This document shows, one piece after another, positions 12,116 through 24,153 of a DNA stretch of 64,000 nucleotides. The notes below the pieces were generated by a model. The model was not told the origin of the DNA. It made no database searches and worked only from the letters and a program-made list of their open reading frames with translations. The stretch spans positions 248,001-312,000 of the forward strand of contig NW_026930592.1 of the NCBI RefSeq assembly GCF_032062105.1. Direction: 5' to 3'. Position 1 is the stretch's first letter; every line of letters begins with the position of its first letter. The position numbers were made by a program, and so were the translations under genes. The DNA is from Saccostrea cucullata. Lineage: Eukaryota.

Positions 12116-14039
12116 AAACAACTGCAAATTATTCCTAGTGGAAAAGACAAATTGAATTGAATTCTATGTTCGTCTCTATTTACAGATACTCGTATTTTAT
12201 AAAATTATTAATGAATCAGCATGAAGTCTTATGTTGTATTCGAGCATTTATGACACATTGAATAATATTAAGCACGCACCTGCTTGAGAGGTGAAAATTT
12301 TGATAAAAGTTTTAATGTTACACGAAATATAGCATTAGAGAAATTGCTATTTTCAATATTAAGAAGAGAAAATTCCTCAATATTCGCACGTTGTGGAATT
12401 TTAATAGGCCATCACTTATACCCGAGGATGAATATCTATGGTTCGCAAGGCATGGTTAAAAAATTCGGTTTAAATGCTATTCGATCTTTAACGGAAATAA
12501 ACAGAACTATCTTTTAATCAATGGAAATTTAATCTTATTACTTTACCCTTTCGAAAACGTAACAAAGATTTCAAGGTATTTATGAGGTATAAATATTGAC
12601 TTAAAGAGTTGAAGTTCTGTTTAAAACTGTTAGTATACGTGTATTTTCACCCCCTTGATCAGGACATAAAAGAAATGATTAGGTCGTCTGTCAGATCTTT
12701 ATTTGCTTACATGGCAGGAAAAAACATGTTAAAACAGTTAAGTCTGAAGATTGTCCGATACGCAATTTTAACAAGTATAAAAGCAAAGTTTTTTTTTATT
12801 GTTTTATGCATGTTTGATTCAGATTGTCGCTTTCAAACTTTACTTCCTTTCAAAGATCAGACAAAAGTACATGTGCTTGTAGACCAACTATATAAAAGAA
12901 CAAGCTTGCTTCAGAATACTTAGTCTTTCGGTTAATATTACGTAAATGTTCCAGACAGAGCAAAGGAATGTCGGCTAGTGACATAGTAAGCTAAAAGTAT
13001 GCTTCTCTTCATATAAGTGTATCCGCCATTGGATTCATGTTTAAAAGAATTGATAGAAATGAAAACTTCTGTTCTATTGATTTAATATTCCTAAAATATT
13101 CAGATATTTATTTGACTCGTCATAAAAAGAAAACATATAAAAAATGAAGACAATGAAACATAATCAGTTTTTTGATATTACTGGTAAATTAATCTGAACG
13201 ATTTCAATATATTCTGATGGAGTGGATTGTTTCCCTTTACAAATCCGAAAAAAGGGGGGGGGGGTTCAGAACACAGTGTACATTTCTCAGTTTTGCAGTT
13301 TTCAGTGAACGAATAAAAGCAAACGATCATGAAATATCTGAAAAAAGTCTGCGATCCACCACTTGACTTTGTCGATCTGCACCTATAGATTATAAGTACA
13401 GGTCCATTTCATTAAATGTCGTTATTGAAAAAGACCCCGACATTTGATCTATTTAAAGGCTTTTAAAATTCATAGACTCCTTATAATAATGTTTGGCTAG
13501 GAACGAATACAATGCTAGAGACCATCTAAACCATACAACCCATGTCTTTTTGTAAGCCAACACCCCACTCGTAAGTCAGTACAGGACCGATTAGGAATTG
13601 ATTAAATTTTCTGAACAACTATATGGGAGTTTAAAAATAAATCAGAATGTTAATCTATTTTACTTCGTGTTCATATATAGATGGACCAGAGATAATCAAT
13701 ACGAAACAATGAGCGACCATCGAGTTCACGACAGTACAACAAAATCGCAGTTTGTGGTCTATTTGCCCTTTTATTTACCTGCTTAATTAAAAGAAATGCT
13801 CGTTGTTTTGATACCAGTGAGTCTAGCTCAAGGATATTGCTTATTTTTTTCTTTCTAATTTTACTTAGTAAGTTGATAAAAGGTCCAACGGACCCCCACC
13901 TCCCCCCTGCTGCATCTACTCCATGTTCCATAAACTGACCCCCCAAAATGACCATAATGCATTTACACAATTTACATAACGGCTAAATGCAAATATATTG
14001 CAAATCGACTTCAAAAATTTAAAATGTCGGATAATGAAA

Positions 14040-14530
14040 TATAGAGATAAAGAACAGCACTCAAGCTCAAAAAGACCATCGAAACATACATGTATTTACA
14101 AATCAGGAGGCAAACACGGACCTGTAAAATATAAGTGGTGGGATCCGGTGCCATGGAGGAGGAAGCATCTCGTGCTGACCAGTCACATCCGCCGTGTGCT
14201 CCTTGTCATATAATCGAAAAACGAAAAAAAAATCCACAGACAATTCAATGTGTAAATAATGACCTAACAATTAATCAGTTTATAAAAATGCCAGTCAACA
14301 TTTGACTTTGACAAACTGTATTTGCTGCCAAGGCCATTGTATCAACCGCATAGATCTTGCAAATTGATTACTTTAAACGAGAATGTTAATATTCTTGTTT
14401 CATCAACTTGTTTGTCAATATGTAGTCTCGTTTTAAAATTTTTTTGCACAAAAAGATGCTTTTGCGTATCGAATCAACTGAGAGACATACATGTTCACCA
14501 CATTTGCAGATGATAAGGGTATAATGCTAC
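14040..14530 (-). mobile_element. Degenerate Penelope-like retroelement 3' fragment
   Basis: Homologous to 14765-15262, including the shared 3' block (ccgccgtgtgctccttgtcat). Confidence 0.7.
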
Positions 14531-14764
14531 ATAGTCTGACATCCCTCTTATAACTGCTCTCTCCAAAAATAAGTTGTTATATTTTAATAGTGCCATAAAT
14601 TCTTGTGATTATTTTTGTATCATTCGTATGAGATGATTGTCATAAAAATTATACTGGAAAATAAATATTATCAACCCCATTTTTGCAAAAGTAAACGTTC
14701 AAGTACTTAAGTTAGACGTTTTATGCAATCTAAATCGTTTTATGGATAATAAGTATTGTCTTTA

Positions 14765-15262
14765 GAACTAACGCGGACCTCCAAAACATTTGAGGTGGTA
14801 TCAAGTGCCATGGAGAGTGAGCATCCCCTGCCGACCGGTCATACCCGCCGTGTGCTCCTTGTCATGATCGGAAAATAACGGAAAAATCCGTCGTCAATTC
14901 AGTATATAAATAATGGACTATACTACAATCTAGTATATGGAAAACGTCAGTCAGCATTCGATTCAATGATAAACTGTATTTGCTGACAAGGTTATTGTAT
15001 CGACCATAGAACTTACGAAATGATGATTTTAAATAAGACTGCTGATATTCGTGTTTCATCAACTTTTTTGTCAATAATTTTAGAAATTGTTCATACGTAG
15101 AGCATGCTTTTTCGTATCGAATTAACTGAGATATACAAACTCCGTATGCAGGTGATGAAGGTAAATTGCTGCATAAGTAAGGGAAGTTGACGATAGAAAA
15201 GTTTAAAGTCATCACGTTTATCATCGAGCTTGGTTGTATTATTACCATTAACGTCTTTTTCA
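14765..15262 (-). mobile_element. Penelope-like retroelement, RT C-terminal fragment, 5'-truncated
   Basis: Frameshifted peptides KLDDKRDDF and NFSIVNFPYLCSNLPSSPAYGVCISQLIRY...FRKFYGRY. Confidence 0.8.
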
Positions 15263-15267
15263 AGTGA

Positions 15268-17046
15268 TCTGAGATACAAGCATTCAGATATATCAATGCA
15301 TAGATCTAAACATGCACATTCAACTTTTGATTAACAATTCTGTTGTGTTGGGTAATGAACATGAAGAGGATGCAAATATTTCCAAAATTATGAAAAATAT
15401 TAAGCAGAATAAACGCCTGTTTGGTCCAGATCATGAAATGTCATAAGCTCTATAGCTTTTATTTTCCAGTGTGCATTAATCCTGACTTCCAAATTCTTAC
15501 TTGACTGGTGATACCTTAAGAAAACATTTGCATCCAGGTGAAAGTTGACACGAACCGCAAAATGTGCCATCCCATTGTTTAAGTTTAATAAAGTGATTAC
15601 AACGCCTTAATACTAGATCTCATGGATTCAACGATACCCTAATGGAGTTTTATGAAGAGACTTACTTTTATAATTGACGACTGACTTTTACAATTTAAAC
15701 ATTGACAAACTCCAGTCACTAAAATGTAAAAGTCAGCTGTCAAATGTAAAAGTAAATCTCTTCATAAAACTCCAATATCCAGTATTATATGTGATTTTAC
15801 GGATAATACCCAATTTTGGAAAATCCTTCCCGTTTCAGAGGTGGATCCAGCCATTTTTTTCCAGGGTTGTACTGTATACTCTATATTCTTTCATATAAAA
15901 GGAAATAGTGAGTGGAAGAAACTTAATGTGTGAGAATCTATCTATTTAATACATAAGTTAGACGTACAAATACATGTATTTTAATTTATTCTCGGAAAAT
16001 GTTTTTTCTCTCTCTTTCTCTCTCTCTCTCCACTTGACAAAAAATAAAGGGGGCTTCCAAACCCGGAACATACCCTCCTTTGGATCCACCAATGAACCGC
16101 TTACAAGCATTCACCCATCTTTGACACTTTTTCAATATCTCTCCAAGGTTTGGGAAACCTAATAAATTTAACTCCTTGCATATATTTTTTGTGGGCATAC
16201 TATGAGTCACTATTGCAGATTCCATGGCAACAGTGTTTTAATGCATCCTTTTTTTGCACAGATTAGCCATAATATTACTTAACTAATTTACACCACAAAG
16301 TAAGATTCAAGCCACTGTTTTGGTCATATAAACATAGAAACATGTGGGTCAGTTTTTCCCATCTAAATAGTTTGCAAAATCTTCTGAAATATGTGATAAG
16401 GAATTCTAAAAATAGATGCAGCAGAGATTCTGTACCTGTGCTATAAACAGATAAGACGCAGCTCTCTGCTGAGTCAGTGAGTGAACATTTAAAATATGTC
16501 AGTTTCAATTAAACAATGATGCAGATTTCTTTTACCTTGGTAATGTAGGGTATTAATGTGATAGGACCTTCGCAAACTAATTTAAAAGCCCTCAGGCGAG
16601 GTCAGATAATTATAGGTTCATGAGGAAAAAAAAAGAATTATGTATTGTTTTTGGAAAATATTGTGACCGAATTAGATGAATTGCATCAAAATCAGATGCA
16701 GAGAACTGCACTCGGTGATCTGTTTTGGTTTCCCCGACAATTTAAATTCTGTGTCAGCGAGAGTTTTTATCAGCCAATGAGCGTGTCAGCAGCAGACTCT
16801 ATACATCACTGATCACCTGTCTGTATACAGCGCATATCTGATATCAGACAGGCAGGCCAGTTTATCAAAATTTAGCCTGGTTCCCTGTCCCTGTTTTGCT
16901 TCGTGTACTCCTGCCTTGGAAAGTATGAGCCTGGGGACCAGGCTAATCAAAGTTAACGTGATTTGCCGCTAGATGGCGATCGCAAATTCCCTTCCGCCTC
17001 AGATGAGCGGTACCAATAGAGCGGAGGCTAAGCCTCCGTCTAAAAA
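15268..17046 (-). mobile_element. 3'-truncated copy of a non-autonomous Helentron-like element
   Basis: Near-identical to 19029-19873 plus 22112-22977. The minus-strand start TTTTTAGACGGAGGCTTAGCCTCCG has the subTIR + inverted repeat layout. Confidence 0.7.
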
Positions 17047-17349
17047 GGTTTTGTTACTGCTATCTCGTTCAAATCTTAAATTTTATATTTCCCTTGGTGT
17101 AATCTTTCTCTAATTTAAAAGCCAAAGAAAGAAGACTTAAATCAATACACCATCCTTCTCTCCGTACACAATGTAAGTATCAGTTCCTGTATCCTGCATT
17201 TTAGATAATAAAATCTGTCTTTTTCAAAATAAGTTAATTTACTTATTATTGATTATTATTTTCATAGCATTGTCCTAAAATTCGTAAACTACCATGATAT
17301 TCTTTTTTATACAGTCCATGCAGTACAGGGAAGCATTATAAAGCACTAC

Positions 17350-17740
17350 CCGTTGCACGCCAAATTCACAAAAATAAGATAAACATAATTTAACACTTGA
17401 TATACTTGAATTAACGATTGTTTACGAACTGTGAACCATTTGTTTACTATAGTTTTCATCTGTAAAACTATATTTAACGGCTGTAATGTGTAATTTAGGA
17501 ATACTGAACTAAGTTTACCTGGCTGTACATGTAAATAAACATTAACAATATATTTTGCTGATAATTACAGATTCTGATTTGGTAACTATAATCTTAATTC
17601 ATTTACCATAGTTAAGGTTAAATTAATTGTTAATCATGATTTTGCAAATCATTAAACTATATATTTATCAGATAAACTATGATTTATAGTCGCTCATTAT
17701 AGATTTCGGTCGTAAGCTACAATTAATTAACTATCAATAA
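17350..17740. mobile_element. Degenerate copy of the 600-bp IS3EU-like MITE family
   Basis: gcacgccaaattcacaaaaataagataaacata matches the TIR at 61196; internal (a)actatagtt-like motifs. Confidence 0.55.
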
Positions 17741-18159
17741 TACATGTATCCTTATTTATGAAGAAGTATTCCACTATCACCTGCTAACATGTGTTGATTT
17801 GATATTCATGGACAGACACGGAGTACGATCAGTATTTAAATGGGGTCATGCTACTGACAAGTAAAATGATGTTACAGGGACTTCAACATTTGTAATAACA
17901 AACAATAATTTTCCTGTATTTTTCTTTTTATTTCCAACTATAGATGATCGAATACTTACTTTTAATGTCAGCAAGAAATATACATGTATATATTTACATT
18001 TCCAATGTCTTTGTCCGAGATAAAATTACCAAATGTAAATGTACTTTATTTCTCCATCAATGTATTGGCGCGGTTCCAAAAAAAAAAATCAAAGTACTGA
18101 AAGTACTGATAGACGGAGGCTTGGAATAAACATGATTTGTTGTCTCTTTGGGAATTTTT

Positions 18160-18835
18160 TATTCATATTCTGACCCCAACATTTGCCTAAAGGTAGTTGG
18201 CCATATCTTTTGAACATTAGATACCAGGACATTTATACTTCATATTTGTATTTTTGTGGAAAGACCTTTCATTAGATATTAACAAGCTTGACCTTTTGAC
18301 CTTGACCTACGAGATTCCATACTTATGAAAAAACTTTAACCTTGGCCATAGGTTTTGAATGGTAAGGGATAAATAGTGCTTTTTATACGTACATATGTAA
18401 TCCTTGTAAGAAGACCCAGAACTTTGACCTTTTGACCTTGGAGTTTGACCTACTTTTATAAAGCAAATCTTGACCATAACTTGAAAAGGTTTTGGGTTTG
18501 TGCTTTCATACTTTATATATTTAATCCTTATGACAAGACCTTTCATTTTATAGCAAGACATTTGACTTTGGAGTTTTGCCTACTTTAAAAAAATATCATT
18601 TTTCATAACTTTTGAAGGGTTAGGGCTTCATACTTCACATATGTATTCTTTGTGGGAAGACCTTTCATAGCATACCAACAATCATGACCTTTTGACCTTT
18701 ACCCTTAGCCTACTTTCATATTTCACAATTGTATTTCTAGTAAGAATACCATACTTTTGGTACCAATATATTAAATTTGCATCTTCGCTATATTGCCACA
18801 CGGGGGGCCAGAGTGTTTCACAAATACATCTTCTT
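18160..18835 (+). mobile_element. HINE-type fragment with ttgacctt tandem repeats
   Basis: Repeated gaagacctttcat...tgaccttt units; 3' end ggggccagagtgtttcacaaatacatctt. Confidence 0.65.
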
Positions 18836-19949
18836 CATTTATTTATCGTGGTCTAATGTTTAATTATGTAATTTACTGAATTCCCATTTTTCATCAAAAG
18901 GACAAACCACTATAATTGCAATAAACTATATTAATTTGAATTCTTTAGTGACTCATGGTAAGAGCTTCCTGAAATGTGAGAAAACCAAAAGTACTTTAGT
19001 ATATCTAACTCTTCAGGACTAAAAGGAGCTGAGATACAAGCATTAGATATATCAATGCATAGATCTAAACATGCACATTCAACTTTTGATTAACAATTCT
19101 GTTGTGTTGGGTAATGAACATGAAGAGGATGCAAATATTTCCAAAATTATGAAAAATATTAAGCAGAATAAACGCCTGTTTGGTTCATGAAATGTCATAA
19201 GCTCTATAGCTTTTATTTTCCAGTGTGCATTAATCCTGACTTCCAAATTCTTACTTGACTGGTGATACCTTAAGAAAACATTTGCATCCAGGTGAAAGTT
19301 GACACGAACCGCAAAATGTGCCATCCCATTGTTTAAGTTTAATAAAGTGATTACAACGCCTTAATACTAGATCTCATGGATTCAACGATACCCTAATGGA
19401 GTTTTATGAAGAGACTTACTTTTATAATTGACTGACTTTTACAATTTAAACATTGACAAACTCCAGTCACTAAAATGTAAAAGTCAGCTGTCAAATGTAA
19501 AAGTAAGTCTCTTCATAAAACTCCAATATCCAGTATTATATGTGATTTTACGGATAATACCCAATTTCGTGGAAAATCCTTCCCGTTTCAGAGGTGGATC
19601 CAGCCATTTTTGAAAGGGGAGTTCCAGGGTTGTACTGTATACTCTATATTCTTTCATATAAAAGGAATAGTGAGTGGAAGAAACTTAATGTGTGAGAATC
19701 TATCTATTTAATACATAAGTTAGACGTACAAATACATGTATTTTAATTTATTCTCGGAAAATGTTTTTTCTCTCTCTTTCTCTCTCTCTCTCCACTTGAC
19801 AAAAAATAAAGGGGGCTTCCAAACCCGGAACATACCCTCCTTTGGATCCACCAATGAACCGCTTACAAGCATTCCCTAACAAAAAAATACTATAGTTAAC
19901 TATAGTTAACTATAGTTAACTATAGTTTACTATAGTTAACTATAGTAAA

Positions 19950-20840
19950 TCAAAGTGTCAAAGTTTTCGTCAAAGTTTTTCAAAGTGTCAAAGTTTTCAC
20001 CAAAGTTTTTCAAAGTGTCAAAGTTTTCGCCAAAGTTTTTCAAAGTGTCAAAGTTTTTGCCAAAGTTTTTCAAAGTGTCAAAGTTTTCGCCAAAGTTTTT
20101 CAAAGTGTCAGAGTTTTCGTCAAAGTTTTTCAAAGTGTCAAAGTTTTCGCCAAAGTTTTTCAAAGTGTCAAAGTTTTCGCCAAAGTTTTTCAAAGTGTCA
20201 AAGTTTTCGCCAAAGTTTTTCAAAGTGTAAAAAGTTTTCGTCAAAGTTTTTCAAAGTGTCAAAGTTTTCGCCAAAGTTTTTCAAAGTGTCAAAGTTTTTG
20301 CCAAAGTTTTTCAAAGTGTCAAAGTTTTTGCCAAAGCTTTTCAAAGTGTCAAAGTTTTAGATAAAGTTTTTCAAAGTATCAAACTTTTCGATAAAGTTTT
20401 ACAAAGTATCAAAAACTTCGATTATGTTTTTCAAAGTGACAAAGTTTTCGATAAAGTTTTTTAAAGTGTCAAAGTTTTCAATAAACTTTTTCAAAGTTTT
20501 AAAGCATCCAAGTTTTCGATAAAGTTTTTTGAAGTATCCAACTTTTCGATAAAGTTTTTTCGAAGTATCCAAATTTTCGATAAAGTTTTTCAAAATATCA
20601 AAGTTTTCGATAAAGTTTTTTAAAGTGTCAAAGTTTTCAATAAAGTTTTTCAAAGTGTAAAAGTTTTCGTCAAAGTTTTTCAAAGTGTCATAGTTTTCGT
20701 CAAAGTTTTTCAAAGTGTCAAAGTTTTCGCCAAAGTTTTTCAAAGTGTCAAAGTTTTCGCCAAAGTTTTTCAAAGTGTCAAAGTTTTCGCCAAAGTTTTT
20801 CAAAGTATCAAAGTTTTCGCCAAAGTTTTACAAAGTGTCA
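19950..20840. repeat. 30-bp tandem array (caaagtgtcaaagttttcgccaaagttttt), resuming at 21869-22045
   Basis: Direct reading; roughly 30 units, homogeneous at the edges and diverged in 20340-20660. Confidence 0.97.
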
Positions 20841-20841
20841 A

Positions 20842-21868
20842 CGCAGCACAGTTAAGGTTACAAAAAGGAGGCGGAGCCTAATTTGTACGGGAAAACTTGA
20901 CTATGACATCATACACAATATACGTCATACAACATTTCTTTAAAATACCACAAAATGAGTTTATCTGCTAATTTAACCAGTAAGAAATCATCAAACTACA
21001 TAAAAACTTACCACAGCGTGTTGTTTTGTCGTTAGTTAAATCCCGCATAACAAGTTATAAACAAGTCACTGATCGCAATACCCTTGTCAATATGACGTCA
21101 TTTCTTACAACGTGACGTAGTTTGTATGAAGTGAGAGACAGATTAAGTAATATTTTCTCAACAAAATATGCATTCTCTAATTAAATAAAATATTATTTAC
21201 AGATATTCTATGGGGCAATAACTTGAATTTAACGTCTTCTTCACTATTTTATTAATATATTTTCTGTACATTACGTATTTAATTGACACTGCCGTATATT
21301 TGTATGCAAGTACATCGGAGGGTAATGTGATCGATTAGTGCAAGGGCATACACTCTATGGATCAAAGTAAGCTTTTATATTTCAACTATAGAACTATTCA
21401 GGTATCTGAAAAGTGCTGCGATCCTGATGAAATCTTAAAAACAATTTAATTATATCAATATTTCATGCCGCTGACCAGCAAAAAATATAGCATTCGGTCA
21501 TACAAGTATAATTTTAACAATAAGATTGCAGAATTTAGACAGGATCGCAGCACTTTTTAGAAACTATAATGCGTGTTGAAAATATTTATATACTAAACTT
21601 GGAAATTTATCTTGGTTATGCCCTTGCACTAGTGACATTTATATGTAACATCAATACTTCAAGTCAATGTGCTAAAATCGCGTGACTGCCGCATCACGTG
21701 ACTAGTCTAAATATAAAATACAATCGTCCTCGATATGTAGTTATTAATTATAATTACAATTATTTGATATAAATAATGTACTAAAAATAATCGCCATCCC
21801 GATTACGAATACATTTTTAAATACAAAATTTAGTTGATATTTCCATTGCGCACCTTAACTGTGCTGCG
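20842..21868. mobile_element. 1027-bp non-autonomous TIR element inserted in the 30-bp array
   Basis: Perfect 17-bp TIR CGCAGCACAGTTAAGGT / ACCTTAACTGTGCTGCG. The 2-bp TSD AA is deduced from the repeat unit (gtgtcaa | aaagttttcg). Confidence 0.9.
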
Positions 21869-24153
21869 AAAGTTTTCGCCAAAGTTTTCGCCAAAGTTTT
21901 TCAAAGTGTCAAAGTTTTCGCCAAAGTTTTTCAAAGTGTCAAAGTTTTCGCCAAAGTTTTTCAAAGTGTCAAAGTTTTCGTCAAAGTTTTTCAAAGTGTC
22001 AAAGTTATCACTATAGTAAATCAAAGTTTTCAAAGTGTCAAAGTTATTACTATAGTTAACTATAGTAAACTATAGTTAACTATAGTTAACTATAGTATTT
22101 TTTTGTTAGGGTTCACCCATCTTTGACACTTTTTCAATATCTCTCCAAGGTTTGGGAAACCTAATAAATTTAACTCCTTGCATATAATTTTCACTATTGC
22201 AGATTCCATGGCAACAGTGTTTTAATGCATCCTTTTTTTGCACAGATTAGCCATAATATTACTTCTAATTTACACCACAAAGTAAGATTCAAGCCACTGT
22301 TTTGGTCATATAAACATAGAAACAAGTTTTTCCCATCTAAATAGTTTGCAAAATCTTCTGAAATATGTGATAAGGAATTCTAAAAATAGATGCAGCAGAG
22401 ATTCTGTACCTGTGCTATAAACAGATAATACGCAGCTCTCTGCTGAGTCAGTGAGTGAACATTTAAAATATGTCAGTTTCAATTAAACAATATGCAGATT
22501 TCTTTTATGATACCTTCGCAAACTAATTTAAAAGCCCTCAGGCGAGGTCAGATAATTATAGGTTCATGAGGAAAAAAAAAGAATTATGTATTGTTTTTGG
22601 AAAATATTGTGACCGAATTAGATGAATTGCATCAAAATCAGATGCAGAGAAAATCTGTTTTGGTTTCCCCGACAATTTAAATTCTGTGTCAGCGAGAGTT
22701 TTTATCAGCCAAAGCGTGTCAGCAGCAGAATACATCACTGATCACCTGTCTGTATACAGCGCATATCTGATATATCAGACAGGCAGGCCAGTTTATCAAA
22801 ATTTAGCCTGGTTCCCTGTCCCTGTTTTGCTTCGTGTACTCCTGCCTTGGAAAGTATGAGCCTGGGGGCCAGGCTAATCAAAGTTAACGTGATTTGCCGC
22901 TAGATGGCGATCGCAAATTCCCTTCCGCCTCAGATGAGCGGTACCAATAGAGCGGAGGCTAAGCCTCCGTCTAAAAACACGTGCAGGGCGGGTCAAACAG
23001 ATAGACAGAAACAGGGCTTGGAGCACGTGGCATTGGCGTCGGAAGCAAATTGAAAGTGGGGGGGGGGGCTAAGTTTAAAAAAAAAATATACCTTCAAAAA
23101 AACCTGACAAGCAAAAAATAAAAAAGAGAAAAAAAATTTATATACACCGGGTTGAAATCCGACTTTTTGAAAAATGATGGCGGCGTTAGCAAAGGCGACG
23201 CACTGGATTATGATCAAGTGTTTTGATCCTGAATTTCAGTCCTACAGAAATGTACAAGTCATAAATGTATGTTAGAAAAGGAAATGTTTTCCTGGTCCTT
23301 AGTATTTAGAATGACTGAAATGACTTGTCTTTGTATGTAAATAACGGAAACTAAAAAAAAAGACAGGCATAAGAATTGGGCAAGAGTACCACAGTGCAAC
23401 TCCATTAGAGAAGACAGACGAAAAGAACTTTGAAATACAGAGATTTCAAATTATCATCATTTCATACTTGCATATATATGCATATACTTTGTTAACATAT
23501 TTTAATGTTTGATCATATCATAGTAATTAAGATATTTTATATTAATAATCATAATCGTTTTGTTTAATTAAGGAATTTGATTATGGTAAATGGAATACTG
23601 AGTATTTTCTCCAAAAATTGAACCGTTGACATTTGTCTTTTTTGACGTTGCAGATTGCTCCGGGTGTTAGAGAACGATTTCACTTCAAATCTGATTACTC
23701 GAATTGCTTTCATGTAAACATGATAAAACTTCGTAATTTATCTGCCAAGAACACGCTTTATCCACACAGAAAATTTCATAAAGATACATTAGTTTCTTTA
23801 AAAGATATAAGATCAGTCTAGGAAATTTTGGAACAACCCTCATATATACTCAGTAAATAAATTGCAGGTAGGAAAATGAATTTAATACAGTATGCTAATC
23901 AGTGTTTTCAGTAGAATACATATCATATAATGATCTGCATTTATTTAACTTAACTCGAACTTAACTGGATGACTCTTACATATTTCAAAGCATATAAAGA
24001 CCCAAAGAATTAATGGACCCTTTTTTTAAAAACACCATTACGTGAAGTCATATTTTAAAATAGGCAATAGGGATTTCTTTAAAATCCAAACCGAAAGTGA
24101 TGGTTACTGAAATGTATCAGAATAAGAAGAACCCTTAATTGATATAATAGAGA

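Larger units (their letters stand above)
19874..22111. mobile_element. Non-autonomous CMC/EnSpm-like element with internal satellite
   Basis: TIRs CCCTAACAAAAAAATACTATAG... / ...CTATAGTATTTTTTTGTTAGGG. The 2-bp TSD TT is shown by the empty site aagca-tt-caccc at ~16106-16117. Subterminal 10-bp and internal 30-bp tandem repeats. Confidence 0.85.
18087..22977 (-). mobile_element. Complete non-autonomous Helentron-like element with nested insertions
   Basis: On the minus strand the 5' end is TTTTTAGACGGAGGCT-T-AGCCTCCGCTCT. The 3' end is AGCCTCCGTCTA, then hairpin AGTACT-TTC-AGTACT, then TTGATT in a T run. No TSD. Confidence 0.7.

Noticed and set aside
19936-22033. ORFs encoding (KNFGENFDTL)n / (KFFKVSKFSP)n
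   Set aside because: By-product of a stop-free 30-bp satellite inside a transposon; open on both strands and broken by indels.
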